Sequence record: DRR723986_6626
Strand: one strand, 5' to 3'
DNA length: 41,977 nt
The notes under the pieces: model-generated
Seen by the model: only the letters and a program-made list of their open reading frames with translations
The model's database searches: none
What the model was told of the DNA's origin: nothing
Shown here: one piece after another, positions 20,060-29,124 of the stretch
Layout: every line of letters starts with the position of its first letter
Numbering within the stretch: the stretch's first letter is position 1
Translations under genes and position numbers: made by a program

Positions 20060-22093
20060 ATGAATACTTTGCTGCAACACTTTACTACGCCGTACAACAC
20101 AATTCCATTTGATAAGATTGAGGTTGCGGATTTTTTGCCTGCCTTAAAAGAGGCAATGCGTACAGCCAGCACTGCCATCGATGCACTATTGGCATCGACT
20201 GAAGCTGCATCCTTTAGCAACACCATCGAAGAGTTGGATCAGTTGACTGATCAGCTTGAGTTTGTGGCAAATGTTTTTTACAACCTGCATTCCGCTGAGA
20301 CCAGTGATGCAATGCAGGAGATTGCCGAGGACTTTGGCCAGGACCTCACCAAGTTTTACAGCGATTTATACCTGAATCAGGGTTTGTTTGAGCGTGTGCG
20401 TACAGTACACAGCAAAATTGCAACTCTGAATCTTGACGAAGAGCAAACACATTTGCTGGAGTCAACATTCAAGACCTTTACTCGCAATGGCGCGCTGCTC
20501 AATGATGAAGACAAAAAGACGCTGCGTGATTTGGACGCCGAACTAAGCCGACTCTCGCTGCAGTTTGGTGATAACGTCCTGGAAGAAATGAACTCTTTTG
20601 AGTTGATTGTGGAAGATGAAGAGGAGTTACAGGGACTGCCGGAGAATGTAGTTGCAGCAGCAGCTGAAGCGGCGGCCGAGCGCGGTAAAGAAGGCGTCTG
20701 GGTGTTTACGCTGGATGCACCGAGCATGCAGCCTTTCCTGAAATTCTCGGACAAGCGCGACCTTCGTGAACAACTGCTAAAGGCCTTTTCAACGGTAGCC
20801 AGCCGCAGCAATGAACATGATAACCGCGGAATTGTAAAACGAATTGCAAAAATGCGCTACCGCCGCGCGCGTTTGCTGGGCTTTGATTCACATGCTCACT
20901 TTGTTTTGGCCGAACGCATGGCGCGTACACCGGAAAGCGTCTCAACATTTCTCGATGAACTTTTTGAAAAAGCCAAAGACAAGGCTGCAGAAGAAGTAAC
21001 TGAGCTGGAAACGATGCAGGCCGCATCCGAAGGCACCAGTGATTTGCAGCGCTGGGATTATCCCTATTTTGCTGAAAAACGCCGCAAAAGTGTACTGGAC
21101 ATAGACGAAAATGCTCTTCGTCCATATTTCCCGCTGGAGCGTTGTATTGATGGGATGTTCACGGTGGCCAACCGTCTGTATGGCCTCAAGTTTGAACGCC
21201 TCAATGATATAGCGGTCTACCATCCTGACGTGCATGTGTATAAAGTCAGCGATGAGTCTGATGACTCCTTCATTGGAATTATGTACGCCGACTTCTTCCC
21301 GCGTTCCGGCAAACGCAACGGCGCCTGGATGACAACGTACCGCGCGCAGTGTATGCGCAACGGGGTTGATCAGCGACCACACATCTCAATCGTCTGCAAC
21401 TTTACCCCACCAACGGCAGGCAAGCCGGCTCTGCTTTCCTTTGACGAAGTAAACACACTGTTCCACGAATTTGGGCATGCCTTGCATGGTCTGCTGTCCA
21501 ACTGTCGCTATCAGTCTCACTCGGGTACGAGTGTCTACCGTGACTTTGTAGAACTGCCTTCACAAATCATGGAATGTTGGTTGACAGAGCGCGAGTGCCT
21601 GGACCTGTTTGCGGCACATTATCAATCGGGCGAAAAACTTCCATCAGAGTTGGTTGAAAAGATTCAGCTTTCTTCAAAGATGTATCAGGGTTGTGCAATT
21701 ATGCGCCAGATAAGTCTGGGCGTTCTGGATCTTTCCTGGCACACGCGTAGCTCAGATGAGGTTGAGGATGTTGAGCAATTTGAGCGCGATGTAACGCGTA
21801 AACTTGAGGTCCTGCCGCACATCGATCATAGTAATCATAGCTGCCGTTTCTCGCACATTTTCCGCGGTGGGTACTCGGCAGGGTACTATGGCTATAAATG
21901 GGCTGAAGTTTTAGCGGCTGATGCATTTGAGTTCTTTAAAGAGCAGGGCATATTTAACAAAGATATTGCTGCCAAATTTAGGGAACACGTCCTCTCTAAA
22001 GGTGGAAGTGTGGACCCGATGGTACTGTATAAAAGATTTCGTGGCCGCGCCGCTAACATGGATGCGCTGCTTCGTCATTCCGGGCTCAGTTGA
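20060..22093 (+). CDS. M3A family metallopeptidase (Dcp/oligopeptidase A-like), canonical paralog
   Basis: FHEFGHALH, DFVELPSQIMECW, FSHIFRGGYSAGYYGYKWAEVL, KRNGAWM. RBS-like AGGGGA before the ATG. Confidence 0.95.
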   Translation: MNTLLQHFTTPYNTIPFDKIEVADFLPALKEAMRTASTAIDALLASTEAASFSNTIEELDQLTDQLEFVANVFYNLHSAETSDAMQEIAEDFGQDLTKFYSDLYLNQGLFERVRTVHSKIATLNLDEEQTHLLESTFKTFTRNGALLNDEDKKTLRDLDAELSRLSLQFGDNVLEEMNSFELIVEDEEELQGLPENVVAAAAEAAAERGKEGVWVFTLDAPSMQPFLKFSDKRDLREQLLKAFSTVASRSNEHDNRGIVKRIAKMRYRRARLLGFDSHAHFVLAERMARTPESVSTFLDELFEKAKDKAAEEVTELETMQAASEGTSDLQRWDYPYFAEKRRKSVLDIDENALRPYFPLERCIDGMFTVANRLYGLKFERLNDIAVYHPDVHVYKVSDESDDSFIGIMYADFFPRSGKRNGAWMTTYRAQCMRNGVDQRPHISIVCNFTPPTAGKPALLSFDEVNTLFHEFGHALHGLLSNCRYQSHSGTSVYRDFVELPSQIMECWLTERECLDLFAAHYQSGEKLPSELVEKIQLSSKMYQGCAIMRQISLGVLDLSWHTRSSDEVEDVEQFERDVTRKLEVLPHIDHSNHSCRFSHIFRGGYSAGYYGYKWAEVLAADAFEFFKEQGIFNKDIAAKFREHVLSKGGSVDPMVLYKRFRGRAANMDALLRHSGLS

Positions 22094-22162
22094 TACCGGC
22101 CGTTTGACACGCGCCCAGGTTTCCAGGCAATGAGCAGGCGAGCAAGAAGTGGATTCAAGGAG

Positions 22163-22192
22163 AGAGCTGTACAATCGGTGCGGCTCTTTTTT
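22163..22192 (+). terminator. Rho-independent terminator after the M3 peptidase gene
   Basis: Stem AGAGCTGTAC / GTGCGGCTCT with G-U pairs, 5-nt loop, followed by a T tract. Confidence 0.75.
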
Positions 22193-22246
22193 GCTTCCTG
22201 CTCTCGCCAGATTTTTCGATTACTCCACGTCTAAGGTACAGAACGC

Positions 22247-23314
22247 ATGAACGCAGATAGTCAGAAGTTTTTGGAAGCATACTTAAACAATGCTTCACCA
22301 ACCGGATATGAGTCTTCAGGGCAGCAAATATGGCTCGAATACCTCAAGCCATTTTGTGACGATCATTTGGTCGATGTCTATGGATCTGTTGCTGCAATCG
22401 TAAATCCGGGCTCCGATTACAAAGTCGTGATTGAAGCGCATGCTGATGAGATCTCGTGGTACGTTAACTACATCACTGATGAAGGTTATATCTACGTAAC
22501 TCGCAATGGTGGATCGGATCATCAAATTGCTCCATCCAAGCGCGTGAATCTGCACACGCCAAATGGTCCGGTTAAAGGTCTCTTTGGCTGGCCGGCAATC
22601 CACACGCGCAATCGTGGCAAAGAAGAGTCACCAACTCTCAAAAACATCTTCATCGATATCGGATGCTCCTCACGCAAGGAAGTTGAAGAGAAAGGTGTTA
22701 CGGTTGGAACAGTGGCTACGTTTGACGACGACATGATGATGTTAAACGACCGCTACGTTGTTGGCCGCGCTCTGGATAACCGCATCGGCGGCTTCATGAT
22801 TGCAGAAGCTGCACGCCGCCTGAAAGAAGAAAATGTTAAGCTGCCTTATACTCTTTATGTTGTTAATGCAGTGCAGGAAGAAGTTGGCCTGCGCGGTGCT
22901 GAGATGATTTCGCGTCGAATCAAACCAGACGTTGCAATTGTTACGGACGTTTGCCACGACACACAATCACCGATGTACGATAAGATTGTTCAGGGCGACC
23001 ACACTGCCGGCAAAGGTCCGGTATTGACCTGGGGACCTGCGGTACAAAACAATCTGCTGAAGATGCTGGTTGAGACTGCTGAAAGCAAAGAAATTGCCTT
23101 CCAGCGTGCGGCGGCTTCGCGTTCGACCGGTACTGACACCGATGCGTTTGCGTATTCAGCTGAGGGAGTGGCTTCCGCACTTATCTCTCTGCCATTGAAG
23201 TACATGCACACAACGGTTGAAATGGCACACGTGGATGACATTGAAAACGTGATTGTGCTGATGATGGAATTCCTGAAGGCATTGCCGGCAGGCCATGACT
23301 TCCGTTACTTCTGA
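22247..23314 (+). CDS. M42 family metallo-aminopeptidase (Bacteroidota type)
   Basis: EAHADEI, RALDNRIG, VQEEVGLRGA, TDVCH, YMHT motifs. Confidence 0.93.
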   Translation: MNADSQKFLEAYLNNASPTGYESSGQQIWLEYLKPFCDDHLVDVYGSVAAIVNPGSDYKVVIEAHADEISWYVNYITDEGYIYVTRNGGSDHQIAPSKRVNLHTPNGPVKGLFGWPAIHTRNRGKEESPTLKNIFIDIGCSSRKEVEEKGVTVGTVATFDDDMMMLNDRYVVGRALDNRIGGFMIAEAARRLKEENVKLPYTLYVVNAVQEEVGLRGAEMISRRIKPDVAIVTDVCHDTQSPMYDKIVQGDHTAGKGPVLTWGPAVQNNLLKMLVETAESKEIAFQRAAASRSTGTDTDAFAYSAEGVASALISLPLKYMHTTVEMAHVDDIENVIVLMMEFLKALPAGHDFRYF

Positions 23315-23333
23315 TCCAGCTGTTGATGCTTTA

Positions 23334-23381
23334 GCTTGAGGCCGACACCATTTGTTGGCCTCAGGCGTCTTAACTCTGGTC
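23334..23381 (-). repeat. Intergenic repeat family, copy D (short hairpin variant)
   Basis: Minus strand reads GACCagagttaagacGCCTGAG-gccaacaaatggtgtcggc-CTCAAGC, with hairpin TGAGGCCAACA / TGTCGGCCTCA. Confidence 0.55.
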
Positions 23382-23470
23382 CGGGAAATTTAAGCGTGAT
23401 TATGCGATGTGAAGACGATAGCACCCGCGGCAGGCCGAACGGTCTGGATTGGGTGTATAGTAGGTGAACG

Positions 23471-23944
23471 GTGAGCCAAACAACAGAAAACAATCGCACG
23501 ATAGTCAGCTTTCAGGCTGCATTCGGTTATGCCTCAAATGGAGATGCGCGCGGCGCGATTCCGCCGGGCGGCGCAATGGCTGACTTTCTGGAAGGTGAAC
23601 TGCAGGCCTTTGGGCTCCTGGTTGATGCGCGCCGCACAACGGAAGACTCACACGTTTTTCACATCATTTCCGGTTCGCGCAAATTTGGCCTGCTTCTGGG
23701 ATTGATCGAAGATGATGAGCGCGAGTGGCTGATTTTGAGTTATTCAAAACTCAGCAAAATTCGGCGCAAGTTTGGTGCCCGGGACGACGATGAGTATGCG
23801 GCGATGCTCTCGGCAGTTGATGAAGTTTTACGGGCTGACGAGCGAATAAACTCAGTGCGTTGGTATTCGCTCCATGAATGGCAGAACGATCCACTTGATG
23901 CGTGGGGAAGTCTGCCTTTTGAAATTATCTCCAATAATAACTAG
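23471..23944 (+). CDS. Hypothetical protein
   Basis: 157-aa ORF with GTG start preceded by AGGTG, protein-like composition, fills the gap between its neighbours. Confidence 0.75.
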   Translation: MSQTTENNRTIVSFQAAFGYASNGDARGAIPPGGAMADFLEGELQAFGLLVDARRTTEDSHVFHIISGSRKFGLLLGLIEDDEREWLILSYSKLSKIRRKFGARDDDEYAAMLSAVDEVLRADERINSVRWYSLHEWQNDPLDAWGSLPFEIISNNN

Positions 23945-23962
23945 TTGTGCGCAAAAAAAGTC

Positions 23963-23992
23963 TTGGCACTTTCTAAAATTCGGTTATTTTTG
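23963..23992 (+). promoter_or_regulatory. Bacteroidota-type housekeeping promoter (-33 TTG, -7 TATTTTTG)
   Basis: TTG at 23963-23965, 19-nt spacer, TAnnTTTG match at 23985-23992, about 65 nt upstream of the GNAT start. Confidence 0.55.
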
Positions 23993-24058
23993 CCCGAATT
24001 GCGTGGCACGATAGGACGCCAGCAGCCTTCTTTTTGCGTTTAGGGAGTCAGTCTTACT

Positions 24059-25069
24059 ATGGCGAGGATGGAACTCGACGAACTCGTGGAAATTGCAAAT
24101 ATGCCCGAAATCGATGGACTGGTATTCCGTCGCTACCGCGGTGCTGATGACTCAACGGCAATGGCGGCCGTTAAAGAGGCCGGCGCTAAAAAAGATCGAC
24201 TTGACCCACTGTCTTCGGTGGAGTCTCTGCCGGATGCAGATTCGATTAAAGAAGCCTTGCGGTATAAAGATCCGCTCGATACGTTGCTCGCTGAAGTCAA
24301 TGGGGAAATCGTAGGATTTGCCTATATGCTTTGGTGGACAGAAGATACCGGCGTCTGGGTTTACCAGGTGAATTTCTCGATTACACCTGACTGGCGTGGT
24401 AAAGGCATTGGCGAAGCGATGCTGAACTGGGCTGAAACCCGTTCTGCTGAACTGGCCAAGGTGCACCCGACGGGTGGACGCGTGCTGGTAGCGGCCAACG
24501 CTTCGAATGCCGAAAAAGATGCCGTCAAGTTGCTCAAGCAGCAAGGCTATACACCGCGCTTCCGCCTGGATGAATATCGCTTTGATAAATTCCGCGGACT
24601 TGGTGACAGCGAAGTGGAAATCCCTGAAGCATTCACCATGAAACCAATTGCCGTAGAGCACTACCAGGAAATCTGGAAAGCGCACACCGATGCCTTTGGT
24701 CATGATTCTTCCGGTGATATCCGCACAAAAGAAGATTACCGCAAACTGTTTGAAGCACCTGACTTTGATCAGGATCTCTGGCGTGTAGCCTGGGTAGGCA
24801 AACAGGTGGCCGGGATTATTGAGTGCACTATCGATGAAAAACGCGGTGAACTTGCCGACCTTTGTGTGCGCCCTTCCTGGCGTCGCAATGGACTGGCCAA
24901 GGTGCTGATTAACGAAGCACTAAAATCGCTGCGCACTAAAGGCACCAAATATCTGTACGTGACGACCCGCTCAGACAATCGTTTTGGTGCCGGCGAAATG
25001 TACAAGAATCTGGGCTTTAAGCTCCGCAAAGTATTCACACGCTACGTAAAACCTCTGCAGAAATCGTAA
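24059..25069 (+). CDS. Tandem GNAT-family N-acetyltransferase (two GNAT domains)
   Basis: Two acetyl-CoA-binding motifs, ITPDWRGKGIGEAML and VRPSWRRNGLAKVLI, plus MYKNLGF. Confidence 0.88.
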   Translation: MARMELDELVEIANMPEIDGLVFRRYRGADDSTAMAAVKEAGAKKDRLDPLSSVESLPDADSIKEALRYKDPLDTLLAEVNGEIVGFAYMLWWTEDTGVWVYQVNFSITPDWRGKGIGEAMLNWAETRSAELAKVHPTGGRVLVAANASNAEKDAVKLLKQQGYTPRFRLDEYRFDKFRGLGDSEVEIPEAFTMKPIAVEHYQEIWKAHTDAFGHDSSGDIRTKEDYRKLFEAPDFDQDLWRVAWVGKQVAGIIECTIDEKRGELADLCVRPSWRRNGLAKVLINEALKSLRTKGTKYLYVTTRSDNRFGAGEMYKNLGFKLRKVFTRYVKPLQKS

Positions 25070-25097
25070 AGGCCGGCCAGGCCCGAACTGGGATATT

Positions 25098-25451
25098 GTG
25101 AACAATACTCAACGTGTCAGCTCGATTAGAACTGCATGGACCGCCGGATATATTTTTGCTGCCTTCCGCACTCTGGAAGTTATAGCGACTTTTGCCCGGC
25201 TTCAGGATTTCAGTCTGGCACTGGAGTACTCTACCAGCAACATCATTACGGCAATTGTTGTTCTGCTGCTCTGCACGCTGTACCGCCGCGGAATGCACAT
25301 GGCCATGTACATGTTGCCACCGGCGATGCTCGCGATTCTGGCTGTTAACATAATGCTGGATGAGTCACTTTTACGCATCGGTGTCGATGTAATCATGCTG
25401 GTGATTTTTGGACGCGGTGCGCTTGCTGTACGGCAGTCGGCGAAAGGCTAG
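25098..25451 (+). CDS. Small integral membrane protein (about 4 TM)
   Basis: 117 aa with four hydrophobic segments, starting 28 nt after the GNAT stop. Confidence 0.7.
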   Translation: MNNTQRVSSIRTAWTAGYIFAAFRTLEVIATFARLQDFSLALEYSTSNIITAIVVLLLCTLYRRGMHMAMYMLPPAMLAILAVNIMLDESLLRIGVDVIMLVIFGRGALAVRQSAKG

Positions 25452-25938
25452 ACCAGAAACACAACATGGCACAGACTGGTCAGCTGTGCCTGAGATCGCA
25501 GCAGACTCAAACACAAGACTACAACCCTTCCGCAATACTTTGCGTAGTAACGCCGCCGTAATCGGGCGCACAATCGTTGTGTTTAGGTAAAGTTTTCCGG
25601 CTGTAAGAATTGGCGTCACATCCTCGTGGTATGTTCTGGCGTCACTTTCCCATGTCACAATCTGGCGAGGGGACAGCCCGCTGTGCCAGTCTCTGAGGCG
25701 CGTATCTGGACTCCGAAAAACCATTGAATAATTGCCGGTGTAATTGCGCTGCATGCAGTTGAACTGTTCACTGGTACGATGCACAGGCACGTTTGCCAAA
25801 TATCCGGTAACGTTCAGCCGAATCGGCTTGCCCGCTATTTGAAATTCGACGTAGTATGTCGGTCTTCATTACAGAATCTCCCAGTCTTTCCGGCCCCGAG
25901 TGAAGGACTACTGGACTGCCCAATCTGTGAGGACCGCC

Positions 25939-26148
25939 ATGTTTGCGAATCGCGATAATCAGCGCGAAGTCAGCGTTCGGGTTGCTGTTTATGAGTCGTC
26001 GATGATGTTTTTGGTACAAATACTTTTGTACTCAACGATTGAGATGCTCGTGTATGGGCTGCCAAATGTACGCCTGATTGTTTCAGTACCCACTGCGCTC
26101 TTTTTTGCTGTCTGGCAATATATAAGTCTGCGAAAGGGATTGCTGTAA
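25939..26148 (+). CDS. Small membrane protein (69 aa, 2 hydrophobic segments)
   Basis: ATG 25939 preceded by GAGGA. Hydrophobic segments MMFLVQILLYSTIEMLVYGL and LIVSVPTALFFAVWQYISL, basic C-terminus. Confidence 0.55.
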   Translation: MFANRDNQREVSVRVAVYESSMMFLVQILLYSTIEMLVYGLPNVRLIVSVPTALFFAVWQYISLRKGLL

Positions 26149-26363
26149 CTTGTTCTGCCTGTTTCTGTCTGCTGCTCAAGTTCCAGAGAAGATGAAAAAC
26201 ATTGATGTATGATGCAGTCCCGGATTGTATCAGGCTGCATTCCGTGCAGAGAATCCCGCATCTGCACATTCAATTCGATGCTCCGCCCACAGTTACATGG
26301 GGTGTTTGCGGCAAAGAGTGATTCGATTGCAATCAGAGAAGACTGAAAGAGAGAAGGATAAAC

Positions 26364-27530
26364 GTGGAAAGTACCTTGACGGACAAAATAGATGTTTGGG
26401 AATTTAATCAGCAGAGTTACGATCTTCAACGCCGCCCCGGCGAGACAAGTAAACAAACGCTGCGCGCGTGGAACAGCGCCGACGAATATATTTTGCAGCA
26501 ATTCATAGAAGCTGATTTGGCGGCCGACGCCAAGGTTTTAGTGGTCCAGGACCAATTTGGTGCGCTGGCGCTGCATACACATCAGTATAATCCAGTTATG
26601 CTGACGGACTCACTGGTTGCAGAACAGGTGAGCAAGGCCAACCTGGCTGCCAATGGACTCAATGCTGAATCGCTGCGTTTTGTGGATCCGCTCACATTTG
26701 TCAGCGACGAAGCGCTGGGAACTTTTGACGTTGTTTTGCTCAAGATTCCGCGCCAACGCGAATACCTGCGCATGCTGCTACAGTTTATCCGGCCACATGT
26801 AAATGCCAACACCTTGTTTCTGGCTGCCGGAATGGTCAAACACGTGGCACCGGATGCGCGCAAGGACCTGGCGGATGTGATCGGAGCGGCGGACGTAATG
26901 CGCGTTTGGAAAAAAGCTCTCGTGATTCGCTGCACATACGAGCCTGACAGAGCAATTAACGCTAAATATCCTGAAATCTTTAAGGTTCCTGAGCTGGGAC
27001 GCAGCCTTTGCGCCTGGCCAAATGTTTTTGCCGCCGGCAAACTGGATGTGGGAACCCGCCTGCTGCTGGAGAACATGCCGGTTGCAGCAGATGTCAGCGC
27101 AATTGCCGACCTGGGCTGTGGAAGCGGAATCATTACGATAGCCGCGAGTGCGCAATACCCCGCAGCCGTAGTACATGCAGTTGATGAGTCGGCCCTGGCC
27201 CTGGCTTCGACTGAGGCGGGCATCGAACTTAACCCCGAGATAAACGCCGAACTGCACCGCGCAGATGGCCTGAGCCAGTTTGAGGACAATTCGCTGGATA
27301 TAATTCTGTGTAATCCGCCTTTCCACACCGAAGCGGCCCTGAGCCTGAGTGAAACCACACGCCTGCTGGCCGATGTGTCACGCAGCTTGCGCTCCACTGG
27401 CGAGTTCCGCATGGTCGGCCGCACAAGCATGCCGTATGCGCGGCTGCTAGGCGACTATTTTGGCAAAGTTGAAGTTATCGCCAAACGCGCCGGATTCAGC
27501 ATCGTATCTGCGCGCGAACCAAAACGCTGA
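26364..27530 (+). CDS. rlmG: 23S rRNA (guanine-N2) methyltransferase, RlmG-like
   Basis: LRAWNSADEYILQ N-terminal motif, DQFGAL, LDVGTRLLL, SAM-binding DLGCGSG, ILCNPPFH. Confidence 0.8.
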   Translation: MESTLTDKIDVWEFNQQSYDLQRRPGETSKQTLRAWNSADEYILQQFIEADLAADAKVLVVQDQFGALALHTHQYNPVMLTDSLVAEQVSKANLAANGLNAESLRFVDPLTFVSDEALGTFDVVLLKIPRQREYLRMLLQFIRPHVNANTLFLAAGMVKHVAPDARKDLADVIGAADVMRVWKKALVIRCTYEPDRAINAKYPEIFKVPELGRSLCAWPNVFAAGKLDVGTRLLLENMPVAADVSAIADLGCGSGIITIAASAQYPAAVVHAVDESALALASTEAGIELNPEINAELHRADGLSQFEDNSLDIILCNPPFHTEAALSLSETTRLLADVSRSLRSTGEFRMVGRTSMPYARLLGDYFGKVEVIAKRAGFSIVSAREPKR

Positions 27531-27582
27531 GTTAGTCAAGTTTTTAAGTTCGCAGTGCGATTGTGCACAACAATGCCTGTAT

Positions 27583-28572
27583 ATGTTCGTAGCTAGGCAC
27601 GTGTTACGCTTGCAAAATACTACCGCTGTTCTGACTGCACGAACTCCAGGCCTGCCTGGAGTTTTCCTGCTCACTATCTGCCTGCTTGGCGTCTGCCTGT
27701 TTGCTGATGTACAATTGGCACAGGCTCAAACGCTTGAATCGCAGCATCGTGACGTCAAAGTTGTTGTGCTGGAACGCCCATTTGAAACCCTAAGCATTCG
27801 GCGCCTGGCAGGAGGCGTTGACAATAGCTCAATAGCGGTGAATGTCAAGATCAAGGGACTGGAAGGCATGCTGGAGAAACGCAGCGACACGCTCTTCCTT
27901 AAAGTTGATGCAGACATGCAGGATTCCGGAGATCCGGGGATTGTGCAGCTTGAGTGTAAGGACGGCATCCGCGTTGTTGTGGCTGCCGAGTATGGCACAA
28001 TTGACGCCGGCGGCTGGCATGGCATGCTGGAAGCCGAAATTGCTGAAGGCACTGTGCAGCTGAGCGGGGTGCAGGGAGAATTTGATATCTCAGGTGAGTT
28101 CGTTGACGTCATCATGAGCAATGTCGATAAATCGACTGTGAACGTTAACACGGACTACGGCACGATTGTGCACTGCAAAACACCATTGCGCGCCGGCGCG
28201 TACAACCTGCAAAGCAAACACGGTGACGTGCAGCTTTTTCACTACGAAAGCGCCTCATACAGTATTAATGCAAGTTCGGTAGAGGGGATGATTGATGCAT
28301 ACGTAAAAGGCATCAACACCAATTATGACGCCAAACGTGGAGCCACGGTAAGCACGGGGAGTTATGGCATGGGCGCGGCAGCGGTCAACCTCAACTCGAC
28401 GGACGGATTTATCACGATTGCACTGGATGTGGCTCCAACCGTCAATTTGCAGCTGCCAATGCATGGCCAGATGCAGAGTCCGGCAGGCCGCGGCGCATAT
28501 TTCCAGGCGCCACACTTTTTTGGCTGTCCCTGTCACGCAGCTCCTGCAATTGTACCTTCGCTGGAAAACTGA
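27583..28572 (+). CDS. Exported beta-strand-repeat protein, DUF4097/putative-adhesin-like
   Basis: Signal-like hydrophobic segment ending AQA-Q, and repeats such as NTDYGTI, QSKHGDV, SSVEGMI, NSTDGFI. Start is uncertain. Confidence 0.65.
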   Translation: MFVARHVLRLQNTTAVLTARTPGLPGVFLLTICLLGVCLFADVQLAQAQTLESQHRDVKVVVLERPFETLSIRRLAGGVDNSSIAVNVKIKGLEGMLEKRSDTLFLKVDADMQDSGDPGIVQLECKDGIRVVVAAEYGTIDAGGWHGMLEAEIAEGTVQLSGVQGEFDISGEFVDVIMSNVDKSTVNVNTDYGTIVHCKTPLRAGAYNLQSKHGDVQLFHYESASYSINASSVEGMIDAYVKGINTNYDAKRGATVSTGSYGMGAAAVNLNSTDGFITIALDVAPTVNLQLPMHGQMQSPAGRGAYFQAPHFFGCPCHAAPAIVPSLEN

Positions 28573-28631
28573 CGCTACTGCTCTTGCGCTGCTCGCTAAA
28601 AAGACTGACGCGCTCACATACCTTAACATTC

Positions 28632-28702
28632 TGACTGCAAGACCAACAAAAAAATCAAAGAGCCTGAGGCCGGAACGAAGTGAAAGGACTCAAAGCGCTC
28701 AG
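28632..28702 (+). repeat. Intergenic repeat family, copy B
   Basis: tgactgcaaGACCAACAAaaaaatcaaagAGCCTGAG-gccggaacgaagtgaaagga-CTCAAAGCGCTCAG. Confidence 0.75.
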
Positions 28703-29124
28703 AATGGCGCTCAAAAAATCGGTGAAAAACTGAATTTGTTAGCGATTACTGCCTAAAAATGACGAGCGCACCAACTAATATCACAACTGCAAGTACTTAA
28801 GACGAAGAATAATTGACCCAAAAACCAAATTGGGTGCAACTTATTCGGAAACTGAGGATTATGTTTTTATCGGTACACGGAAAGAGTTGTTGACTTGCTG
28901 GATGTAAATGCTCATGTTGTTTGAAGGGAAGCACGGTCTCCAGTGTGGTGCACATACCCAAAAGCACGAATGCTGGAACTGGAACCGGGAAGACAAACAA
29001 CCTGCAAACCATCCAACAAAAGGCGAATTCCGACCGCAAGCACTTTAGCCTGGCATGGCAGTTTCTTTGAATAATTCCTGGAAACTGTGAGCCAAATCTG
29101 CACACCCCAAACATCTGAAACACT

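Noticed and set aside
25371-25799. 142-aa minus-strand ORF
   Set aside because: It overlaps the 3' end of the plus-strand membrane gene, has a weak start and no motif. Not supported, though not excluded.
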